DNA of 63,467 nucleotides, the filler included, from Octopus bimaculoides (Eukaryota), in assembly GCF_001194135.2 (NCBI RefSeq). It is 5 parts of 4 records of this genome, joined end to end, with 100 filler letters (N's around TTAATTAATTAA, not from the genome) between each part and the next. Parts side by side here need not be neighbours in the genome. Positions count along the whole stretch, not along the records: positions 1 to 19,798 come from NC_069003.1; positions 19,899 to 36,586 come from NC_068991.1; 3 more parts are not named here. The stretch is one strand, 5' to 3'. Under the pieces are notes generated by a model, which made no database searches, had not been told where the DNA came from, and saw only the letters and a program-made list of their open reading frames with translations. Shown here piece after piece: positions 11,727-22,135 of the stretch; position 1 is the first letter of the stretch, and each line of letters begins with the position of its first letter. Made by a program: the position numbers and the translations under genes.

Positions 11727-12250
11727 CTACACTATGGAATAACAAGAGAAAATAGATGGTATAGGCATACCCGAGAAACGGTCTCAAAGAATGACTAAGT
11801 AAACATACTCTGCGATATGCCAAACTACATATATAGAGAGTTCAAGATTAATAGACAGGATACCGTTGTCAGAGGTCATCATTCTAACCGTTCTATTTAT
11901 CCCAACAGATGACTGTATTTCCAAAAGAAACAAAGAATCCCTCAAAATGTGAACACTCAGAAATAGAGATAACCCAAATGTAGAGCCTAAAAACAAAAAC
12001 AATATTATAATAAGGATGATAATAACAGGTATGATTAAAAAACATAGACAAGTACATAACCAAAACACCAGGATTTACGAATATATATAACATACCGAAA
12101 ATAACACTACTAGGCATCGCACACATCCTACATAAAGAATTGCCAATAGTGTGAAAATAACAACACTAAGTCAAACCACAGCACATAACCAAGGCAAAGA
12201 GTTGCGCTCGGTAGTGTAGTTATAGCACGTGATAAAACTAAGGCTACTGG
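11725..12250 (+). mobile_element. R4/Dong-like subfamily D, RLE domain and 3'UTR (probable continuation of copy D)
   Basis: HYGITRENRWYRH; degenerate NRPDIVV; TKTPG; subfamily D 3'UTR and AAT tail. Confidence 0.82.
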
Positions 12251-12279
12251 ATAATAATACTACTAATAATAATAACAAA

Positions 12280-12817
12280 TGCTCTGATGCAGTACCAGAC
12301 AGTGGCTCTCATGGCTTCTGATCTTAACTGTCTGGAAATGTATGCCTTGTTATAAAAGATGGGCTACAGCAAATATTCTGCTCAATACCATAGAGTTGCT
12401 TGTCAGTTGTTTGATCTGAACCATTTGAAAATGTCCCTCAGTGACTGAGGATATGAGCATCTCTTATCACGAGCAGAAGTTGTGGGGGAGCATCATAACC
12501 ATTTGTTGAGAGGAATTCTTTAGTGTTTGAATAATTCACCTCTGGAAACATGAGTGTTTCGCTCAACGTTCTTAAACAACCCTTATTCAAGGACCTTTTG
12601 AGCGGGATGGGCTACTGGACCTAAAAGAATTCTAGCTCAACCCTAACTGCAAGGTCACGTGCTGTTGATCTTGATATGAGATCACCATGTGGCGCACACA
12701 TGGTTGTTATACATGTGCCTGGTGTACACTTATCTGACGGGTGGTCTTGATGGGTATACTGGGCTTCATATATTTTACCCCAGTGTCACTTTGATGGCAT
12801 GCATTGCTCTCTCACTC
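12280..12817 (+). mobile_element. Family U ~540-bp repeat, most complete copy
   Basis: Flanked by (AAT)n on both sides; homologous to five other copies in the window; no ORF, no clear tRNA A/B boxes. Confidence 0.85.
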
Positions 12818-12859
<42 letters not shown>

Positions 12860-12872
12860 GATGATGATGATG

Positions 12873-12918
<46 letters not shown>

Positions 12919-12919
12919 T

Positions 12920-12965
12920 AGTTTCAAATTTTAGCACAAGGTCAGCAACTTCGGAGGAGGGGTTA
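12920..12965 (-). mobile_element. SINE family S1 3' fragment
   Basis: TTTCAAATTTTAGCACAAGG terminus. Confidence 0.6.
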
Positions 12966-13257
12966 AGACGATTACAAGTTCATGACGTGAATAGGTAGTC
13001 TCTTTTGCGAAATATCTTCTTTTTCTTTCCTGTTCTGCCTCTTCCTCTCCAGACTGAATGTGGCATGATGTTACATTCTCTTCTTGCAAGAACTCAGAAT
13101 TGTTAAACTTGTCTTCACAAGTGAACTAGAACATTTAGCATTTCCTCCATCTTTCACTCTTGCTCTGAACTTTTGTATTAGCCGCTTCTCAAATTGTAAC
13201 CTACCCTTGTAATGTGCCCTTAGCTGCCACAAATAAATCATCATCATTATTATTATT

Positions 13258-13406
13258 GAGTGAGAGAGTAGTGCTTGCCATGAAAGTGACACTGGGCTAC
13301 AATTATATGATGCCCAACATACCCATCATGTCTGATAAGGGTACACCCATATGTGTGCGGCATAGTGATCTCATATCAAGGTAAATAGCGTATGATCTTG
13401 CAGGTG
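13258..13406 (-). mobile_element. Family U 3' part, runs into gap
   Basis: Reverse complement of 12660-12817; (ATT)n on plus strand. Confidence 0.8.
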
Positions 13407-13849
13407 NNNNNNNNNNNNNNNNNNNNNNNNNNNNNNNNNNNNNNNNNNNNNNNNNNNNNNNNNNNNNNNNNNNNNNNNNNNNNNNNNNNNNNNNNNNNNN
13501 NNNNNNNNNNNNNNNNNNNNNNNNNNNNNNNNNNNNNNNNNNNNNNNNNNNNNNNNNNNNNNNNNNNNNNNNNNNNNNNNNNNNNNNNNNNNNNNNNNNN
13601 NNNNNNNNNNNNNNNNNNNNNNNNNNNNNNNNNNNNNNNNNNNNNNNNNNNNNNNNNNNNNNNNNNNNNNNNNNNNNNNNNNNNNNNNNNNNNNNNNNNN
13701 NNNNNNNNNNNNNNNNNNNNNNNNNNNNNNNNNNNNNNNNNNNNNNNNNNNNNNNNNNNNNNNNNNNNNNNNNNNNNNNNNNNNNNNNNNNNNNNNNNNN
13801 NNNNNNNNNNNNNNNNNNNNNNNNNNNNNNNNNNNNNNNNNNNNNNNNN

Positions 13850-13925
13850 CTTCTTCTTCTTCTTCTTCTTCTTCTTCTTCTTCTTCTTCTTCTTCTTCTT
13901 CTTCTTCTTCTTCTTCTTCTTCTTC
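13850..13925. repeat. (CTT)n microsatellite
   Basis: Direct reading. Confidence 0.98.
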
Positions 13926-13929
13926 TACT

Positions 13930-14761
13930 ACTGGTTAGTGTGCTCTGGTTTAAAATCAGAAAGAGAAGGGTTTTATTATAGCAGCCCAAGATCAATGCCT
14001 ACCTACAAGAAACCACCAGGCAACCATATTAAAGAACTATAGTAGCCCAACACGTCGTCTATGTCAACAATAAAATGAAACCATTGATTATGTTGTCTTT
14101 ATGTGTAGTCTTCTTGCACCTACAGAGTAATCTCAACAGTACAATATATTCACTGGGTAATTTGCAAAAAACTGGACCTGATCCATGATGAAAACTGGTG
14201 CGTACATTAACCACCTTCAGTGCTTAAAAATGATCACATCTCACTCCTCTGGAACTTCACCATTCAAACTGATAGAAAAATTGATGCGAATAGGTCAGAC
14301 ATTTTATTGAAAGTCTTCAGCCAAAAATCATATCTCCTCATTGATATGACTGTCCCAATTGATATAAATGTATCTGTCAAGACCTACCAAAAACTCAGTA
14401 AGTATAAAGATCTTGAAATAGAAATTGGCAAAATGTGGAGCCTCAAGACTAATACAATACCTATTGTCATAGATACCCTAGGAATGATAGCAAAAGAGGC
14501 TGATTCCTACCTAATTCATATACCAGAATATCTCAAGATGGCAGAAATTCAAAAGATTTTGCTCAAGGGAACAGACCATATCCTACATAAAATACTGTCT
14601 ATGTAATCTCAAATTTTAAAACATTCTCTCGAACAATACTATGTACGAAACCAAATATACCGCACCCTAGGCATAACACCAACATGAACTTCTAACTTAT
14701 TGTCTTTTGAGTTCTCTGGGTGAGACTTGGATCCAACTTGTGCAAGCAAAATTAAAACATA

Positions 14762-14762
<1 letters not shown>
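13930..14762 (+). mobile_element. R4/Dong-like LINE copy F, 5'-truncated, with (AAG)n tail
   Basis: SGLKSEREGF..AAQDQ; ORF 14220-14606 with LLWNFTIQTDRKIDANRSDI, LIDMTVPID, KLSKYKDLEIEI, IPIVIDTLG. Confidence 0.9.
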
Positions 14763-14792
<30 letters not shown>

Positions 14793-14890
14793 AAGAAGAA
14801 GAAGAAGAAGAAGAAGAAGAAGAAGAAGAAGAAGAAGAAGAAGAAGAAGAAGAAGAAGAAGAAGAAGAAGGAGAAGAAGAAGAAGAAGAA
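14763..14890. repeat. (AAG)n microsatellite
   Basis: Direct reading. Confidence 0.98.
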
Positions 14891-14899
14891 TATTAATAA

Positions 14900-15118
14900 T
14901 CTTTTCTACTATAGGCCACAAGGCCAGAATTTTTGGGGGATGGGTTAAATCGATTAGATCGACCCCAGTACGCAACCGGTACTTGATTTATCGACCCCGA
15001 AAGTATGAAAGGCAAAGTCGACCTCGGCGGAATTTGAACTGAGAAAATGATGACAGACGAAATACTACTAAGCATTTCGCCCGGCATACCAGCTCGCCGC
15101 CTTATCGGTAGCAGTAGC

Positions 15119-15161
<43 letters not shown>

Positions 15162-15450
15162 ACGGTTTCAAATTTGACGGAAGGACAGCAATTTTAGAGG
15201 AGAGGCACGTCGATTGTATGAAACCCAGATCTCAATTGGTACTTATTTTATCGAACCCGAAACGATGAAAGGCAAAGTCAATGTCAGAACGTAAGGATGA
15301 AAGATATTGCCGCTAAGCATTATCGACCCAACAGGATGAGAAGCAAAGTCGACCTCGGCGGATTTTAAGCTAAGAACGTAAGTACAGACGAAATTCCACT
15401 AAGCATTTTGCCCGGAGTACTAACGATTTTGCCATCTCGCTGCCTTAATA
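14900..15450 (-). mobile_element. Cluster of three or four SINE family S1 copies/fragments separated by (AGT)n
   Basis: Core GATGAAAGGCAAAGTCGACCTCGGCGG recurs near 15005, 15265 and 15340. Confidence 0.82.
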
Positions 15451-15472
15451 ATAATTATAAAGAAGGGGAAAT

Positions 15473-15475
<3 letters not shown>

Positions 15476-15560
<85 letters not shown>
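15476..15560. repeat. (AGC)n(AGT)n microsatellite
   Basis: Direct reading. Confidence 0.97.
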
Positions 15561-15624
15561 AAAGACTAGTAGCTTATTCTTCGTACCCAACCTGGTTCAT
15601 CATTCGAGTACGCGGTCTTTGGTG

Positions 15625-15693
15625 ATAACAAAGCAAAATACAAGCCGAATCAGACGGGTGACGGCTGATTCGGCTTGTATTTTACTTTGTTAT
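15625..15693. repeat. Near-perfect inverted repeat, 29-bp arms, 11-nt loop
   Basis: ATAACAAAGCAAAATACAAGCCGAATCAG / CTGATTCGGCTTGTATTTTACTTTGTTAT, one mismatch. Confidence 0.95.
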
Positions 15694-16401
15694 TGAGGCA
15701 TGAGGAGCTTGGACGTTAACATTAGGGGACGGATCTGTCTGTTTAGGGTTAATTTTTTTAGATAACACCGCCTCCGCGTTCTCTGAATGAAGACATTGCT
15801 CATAACATAGCTTCTTAGAGCTAACAGATCTGTTATGATAAATTTATCTCCGGGCATAGTTTTTTGTGGTGTTTTTAAACTTGCGTTAATTCGAAAAATA
15901 AAAAAAAAATTGTTTTTTTTTCTTTGCTTCGTTTGTGACACGTGTTCTCACATGCGTGTGTGTGCGTCCTGTAAATTTCATGTAGTGGTGTAAACATTGG
16001 GATATTAAAATGTATATATGACTGTGTAGACATTCGAGTGTAATCGTAATTAACCAATTTATGTACTTACTATTTTGTTTCCATTTATATTCCATAATTT
16101 GTAAACTTTCCGATGTTGATTTCGCATGTATATTTCGTATATGTTTCACTGAGACATCGTGCATAGCAAAAACTGTGCTTTATATAGCAGTAAAATTTCG
16201 TTTTTGTGATTATTTTCGTTAAAATGCCGCTTCGTTCAAGTCTCACACAGATTCCGTTGTACCATTCCACCGATGGTATAAGATTAGATGTGTTTTAAAT
16301 GGAGAGCCCGGTGTAGCACATTCATGTTGTTATTCAGCGCGGAGCTGAATCCGTTATTCAGCGCGGAGATGAATCTTTTATTATTATTACTACTTTATTA
16401 T

Positions 16402-16441
<40 letters not shown>

Positions 16442-17021
16442 NNNNNNNNNNNNNNNNNNNNNNNNNNNNNNNNNNNNNNNNNNNNNNNNNNNNNNNNNNN
16501 NNNNNNNNNNNNNNNNNNNNNNNNNNNNNNNNNNNNNNNNNNNNNNNNNNNNNNNNNNNNNNNNNNNNNNNNNNNNNNNNNNNNNNNNNNNNNNNNNNNN
16601 NNNNNNNNNNNNNNNNNNNNNNNNNNNNNNNNNNNNNNNNNNNNNNNNNNNNNNNNNNNNNNNNNNNNNNNNNNNNNNNNNNNNNNNNNNNNNNNNNNNN
16701 NNNNNNNNNNNNNNNNNNNNNNNNNNNNNNNNNNNNNNNNNNNNNNNNNNNNNNNNNNNNNNNNNNNNNNNNNNNNNNNNNNNNNNNNNNNNNNNNNNNN
16801 NNNNNNNNNNNNNNNNNNNNNNNNNNNNNNNNNNNNNNNNNNNNNNNNNNNNNNNNNNNNNNNNNNNNNNNNNNNNNNNNNNNNNNNNNNNNNNNNNNNN
16901 NNNNNNNNNNNNNNNNNNNNNNNNNNNNNNNNNNNNNNNNNNNNNNNNNNNNNNNNNNNNNNNNNNNNNNNNNNNNNNNNNNNNNNNNNNNNNNNNNNNN
17001 NNNNNNNNNNNNNNNNNNNNN

Positions 17022-17028
17022 NCACCAC

Positions 17029-17062
<34 letters not shown>

Positions 17063-17168
17063 TTCGTTATCCTCAAAATCGTCACCATCATCAACATCAT
17101 CGTCGTCGTCATCGTTGTGGACATCATCCTCATCCTTCTCATCATCATCACTATCCTCACCGTTCTCG

Positions 17169-17232
<64 letters not shown>

Positions 17233-17248
17233 TGTTCTCGCCGGCGTT

Positions 17249-17290
<42 letters not shown>

Positions 17291-17535
17291 GTCGTCGTCG
17301 TCGTCGTCATGAACATCATATCGTCGTCATCATCATCATCATCATCATAATCATTGATCTCTTTATCATCATTATCGATTTTATAACGTTGGTCACTGCT
17401 GGAATGATTTTCGTTCACATGTCTACCTCGCTGAGAGCTGACCAACAATAAAACAGCAAAAGCAACAACAACGGCAACAACAAAAACAGCATCAACTACA
17501 ACAGTAAATACATCAACAGCTACCACCATAACAAC
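17022..17535. repeat. Degenerate (CAT)n/(CGT)n/(CAA)n trinucleotide region
   Basis: Direct reading; source of spurious poly-H/I/S ORFs. Confidence 0.92.
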
Positions 17536-17750
17536 ATGATCATCAAAACCTTGTCAGAAGGAAACAATGAAAAGCAAATTCCAGTCGGACATTATTTGAA
17601 CTCAGACGAATAAAGGGAGATAATTAACAACCATAAAAGACGTAATACATTACTTCACCCACACCTCTCTCTGCTCCGGGACTACGCCGTCTTTTTTCTT
17701 ACATTGCAACATCAATCAAAAGTCGAGAGAGCAGGGAAGATTGAGTAAGT

Positions 17751-17891
17751 TAGACAGATAGATAGATACATAGAGGGGTAGATAGACAGACAGATAGCTA
17801 GATAGATAGGTAGCTAGATAGATAGATAGAAAGATAGCTAGATAGATAGATAGAAAGATAGCTAGATAAATAGACAGACAGACAGACAGAC

Positions 17892-17934
<43 letters not shown>

Positions 17935-18269
17935 NNNNNNNNNNNNNNNNNNNNNNNNNNNNNNNNNNNNNNNNNNNNNNNNNNNNNNNAGATAGATAGA
18001 TAGATAGATAGATAGATAAATAGACGCACAGAAAAGAAGAGGGGGGGATTAATATCAGGTTGTTATAAGAGAAGATATATTCGGTCACGTGACGCCTTTC
18101 GGACGTGTGCTGCAATTTTCACGTCAAATCTAACAGCTTCGAATATTCTGTAGATATTAAGCAAATGGAAAAGTGAAAAGACGAATGGTTCCTGTTGTTT
18201 GGTAAATTGCTACAAATATGAAGACATTTAATATTCTCCAGTTTCCCCCCTATAGTTCGCTGGGTTTTG

Positions 18270-18324
<55 letters not shown>

Positions 18325-18410
18325 GTCTGTCTGTCTGACTGACTGACTGTCTGTCTGTCTGTCTGTCTGTCTGCCTGTCTGCCTGTCTGTCTGTCTGTCT
18401 GACTATCTCA
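17751..18410. repeat. (GATA/GACA)n array 17751-18020 and oppositely oriented (TCTA/TCTG)n array 18267-18410
   Basis: Direct reading. Confidence 0.92.
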
Positions 18411-19069
18411 TGTCTATCAGTATAACTTAGTTTGATATGTCCATATTAGTAATGGCTATAATCATTAGGATTGGCTGGTTTATATATATATATATATATA
18501 TATAAGCAATAATAAATCTATATTATATTGTATCCTATATATGCCTATATACACATATATATTAACTTTTTATGCGTGTGTGTTTATGTGCGTGTACGTG
18601 TGTCTGTGTGTGCACGCACAGGTATCTACGTATCAATTGCCATGAACATTAAACGAAAGAAAAAATATCTCAGGCAAGGATGGGATTTAACAAATAGGGT
18701 TATTAACTTAACGCTTAAAAGGAAGAGAAAGAATCCTAACATGATGAGAAAAGAAACCCAGGTGGAATTCGATTCTATAGGGGTGGCGTTAAGAAAGCAA
18801 GATGGGCTGTTGCTAGTGTGGAGGGAAAAAGAAAGGCAAGAGGAGCGTGGAAAGTGTGATAGCAGTTTGTACAAATGGTTAGAGTGTGAGACTCTGTTAA
18901 ATGAAAGGAAAGTAGGAACTGAAAGAAGCGAAAGTGAGAGAAAGGGTGCGAGTTGATGGAGAAAACAGAAGCGAAGAAGAATTTTATATAAATGATAAAA
19001 TAAGAACAAGAAAATAAGAAGAAAAAAGTTTAATACAAGACATTGATAAGAGCTGAAAAGGAAAGAAAG

Positions 19070-19071
<2 letters not shown>

Positions 19072-19122
<51 letters not shown>

Positions 19123-19132
19123 NNNNNNNNNN

Positions 19133-19164
<32 letters not shown>

Positions 19165-19222
19165 GAGAGAGAGAGAGAGAGAGAGTGAGAGAGATAGAGA
19201 GAGAGACAGAGAGAAAGAGAGA
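19072..19222. repeat. (AG)n microsatellite with small gap
   Basis: Direct reading. Confidence 0.97.
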
Positions 19223-19741
19223 GAATAATTACGAGATGTGTAAGAAGAAAATTTACTTAAAGATGACACAACACTGGTGAAAATCTGAATCTTTCCTTGG
19301 CTGATTACCAAACAAACGACGCCGCCACTTGTGGATGCGTTTCATTTACTGTCTTGATGATCCTGACTGTAGATCTTCTAGGATGCTTCTACTCAGCACT
19401 AATGTAAGAAACACCGTTGGCTCAGTTGAGCGCTTCTGCTGCCTCTTCACAATTTGCCATGGCGCACTTCCATGATTTCACCGTAGCTTTGGGTGGGTAG
19501 TTGAACGGGTGCCATGCCTTGCCAAACGGAATCGCTTAAATATAAAGGGCTGGGTCGTTACTCCATGGGGTATTTTCAAAATACCTGCATACCCTCGACA
19601 TATGCCTAAATATAAAGTATATATACATGTATACATGTATGGCGTATGTATGTATGTATGTATGTATGTATGTATGTATATGTATATGTATACATATGTA
19701 TATGCATATATGTATAGGTATGTATATCTATCTATCAATCA

Positions 19742-19798
<57 letters not shown>

Positions 19799-19842
19799 NN
19801 NNNNNNNNNNNNNNNNNNNNNNNNNNNNNNNNNNNNNNNNNN

Positions 19843-19854
19843 TTAATTAATTAA
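19843..19854. other. TTAATTAATTAA scaffolding linker inside N-gap (also 36631-36642, 42449-42460, 54205-54216)
   Basis: Identical 12-mer with stops in all six frames, always embedded in Ns. Confidence 0.9.
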
Positions 19855-19898
19855 NNNNNNNNNNNNNNNNNNNNNNNNNNNNNNNNNNNNNNNNNNNN

Positions 19899-21362
19899 CC
19901 ATCGTTTTATCACGGTCCGTTGCTGTTCTAGTTTTAGTTTGGATTTCATTTGTTTTATAGCTTTTGTTGTTTCTTCTTCTTCTTCGTATTTATTAGGTAG
20001 TATGATTTCTTGTTTGTATTTGTCAGCTTCCTTAAATACTGAAAACAGTTTTTTGTTTTGCTCGTGTTTTGTGACTATTTGTATTAGTTTTCCTTGCTTC
20101 TGGAGTAGGTATTTTTGCAGTCCTATGGTGGTTATTTTATAATAGTTTTCCAGCTGTATAAGACCCCCTACCACCTTCTGTACGTTGTATATATAGCCTT
20201 TCTATGTCAGATTTTGGGTGGTGCATCCTAGATCCTGTCATTATTTTTCTTGTTTTCCTGTCTATTTTAGATAGTTCGTTTAATGTCCAGTTGGAAAATG
20301 CCGCAGTTGATATTAATATATTTTGTGGTCAGTACTCCATTAGAGTGGTGTAATTGGAGATTCCACATTGACATCTTGTGTTTCAGGAAGCTTAAAATCA
20401 CAGGAGAAATTTTGAAGATATCCAGCGTTTTCAAGATCCATGAATGCTGTATGCTGTCGAAGGCTTTTTTTTATAATCAATCCATGATGAACTGAAATTT
20501 CTGAGTTTGTTATGACAGTTCTCAAGGATCATGCGATTGATTATGAGTTGGTCTTTGCATACGTATGAGCCTCGTCGGCACCCTTTTTGTTTAGTAGGGA
20601 AAATATCGTTCTGTTCCATAAATTTGTACGTTTTCTCCACGAGGATGGATGTTAAAATTTTATACGTGGTAGATAGACATGTTATGGGCCGATAGTTTTG
20701 GGGAAATTTGGTTTCATTATTCTTCGGGAGTAGGCAAGTAATACCTCTTGCTAACAATCGGGTGTTTTCGCAGGATCTCTCATAATGTCATTGAATAACT
20801 GGACTAACTTTTCGTGTGCGCACGGGAGCGAAGTGAGCCAGAAATTTGGCACCATATCATTATCAGGAGATTTCCACATATGAACCTCCGTAAGTATCAT
20901 CCTTAGGTCTGTTATTGTGATGTCTCCCAATGCTTTTTCTGGTAAGTTTTGGCAGGATCCTTCTGTGTGTCTAATCCAGTGCATTTTCATTGTATGTCTT
21001 TTCATTACTCCAGATATTTATCCAGAAGTTTTCAATTTCTTCCATGGCAGGGGGTGGGGGTGGGGTCTTCAACGGTTATTTTCTCCTTCCCTATTTCTCT
21101 GTAGAATGTTTTCGTATTGGACTTTTTGCTGCAGTGTTTCTTTTGCTGAAAGCAGTTCTTTTGGTGAGAATCTATGTTTTTTCTTCATCTTTCTTCCTTT
21201 TCTGGTTTTTATATCGTTTCCACAGATTAGTTCATTCAATATTGATATTTCACCTCTCATTATTTCAGTCTCTTTTTCAATTTTATTTTTCCAGTTTGGA
21301 ATTCTCAGGTTTGTATTTCTTTGTTTTTTCAGAGGCATACAACTGGTTTCAATTGTCTTAGC
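19899..21362 (-). mobile_element. R4/Dong-like LINE copy E (internal deletion over YxDD region; 3' end lost in gap)
   Basis: WKNKIEKE; VHMWKSPDND; GITCLLPK; NYRPITCLSTTYK; QKGCRRGS; WIDYKK; then a jump from CGIFQ to HHPKSDIERLYIQRTEGGRGLIQLE. Confidence 0.9.
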
Positions 21363-21365
21363 AGC

Positions 21366-21430
<65 letters not shown>

Positions 21431-21456
21431 CATTATTATTATTATCATCATCATTA

Positions 21457-21669
21457 TTCAATAGTCTTATTTTTATCGCGTGCTTTCACTGCACTGCCGA
21501 GCGCTGCTCTGAGTGCCTTGGGTATGTGCTGTGGTTTGTTGTGATGCTGTTATTGTTACTATATTGATAGAGTTTTACGTAAGATGTGTGCGGTGCTTAG
21601 TAGTGCTATTTTCTGTATGTTATATATATTTGTTAGTCTTGGTGTTTTTGTCATGTATTTGTCTGAATA

Positions 21670-21680
<11 letters not shown>
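21457..21680 (-). mobile_element. 3' end of R4/Dong-like subfamily D
   Basis: Reverse complement of 12050-12250; (AAT)n tail on minus strand 21455-21369. Confidence 0.85.
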
Positions 21681-21703
<23 letters not shown>

Positions 21704-21713
21704 NNNNNNNNNN

Positions 21714-22016
21714 ATGTTCAGCAAAACACCCATGTTTCCAAAGGTGAATTATTCAAACCCCAAAGAATTCCTCTCAACACATGGCTATGATGCTCCCCCA
21801 CTACTTCTGCTCATGATCAGAGATACACATATCCTCAACCACCAAGGGACATGCTCAGTTGGTTAAGGTCAAACAACTGACAAGCAAATCTGTGGTATTG
21901 AGCAGAATATTTGCTGTAGCCCATCTTTTATACCAAGACAAAAGAATGTACATGGCAACACTTACAATCAATTAAGATCAGAAGCCATGAGAGCCACTGC
22001 CTGGTACTGCATCCGG
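21714..22016 (-). mobile_element. Family U 5' half, runs into gap
   Basis: Reverse complement of 12285-12570. Confidence 0.85.
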
Positions 22017-22034
22017 GCATTTATTATTATTAGA

Positions 22035-22135
22035 CGAACTTTCCTACCCTTTCGGACAAAACCTTTTGTAACCTTCGTCCTGTTTTTGTCCTTACATGTT
22101 TTTAATTGATATTAACCCTTGTGGCCAATAAAACG
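22035..22135 (+). mobile_element. LINE-like family T 3' end
   Basis: CCCTTGTGGCCAATAAAACGAA followed by (ATT)n; compare 9030-9060. Confidence 0.55.

Noticed and set aside
14707-15042. Poly-Arg/poly-Lys protamine-like ORFs
   Set aside because: Translation of the (AAG)n tail of LINE copy F.
17022-17451. His-rich protein (poly-H, HHRRR)
   Set aside because: Translation of (CAT)n/(CGT)n repeats; other frames give poly-I, S or M equally well.
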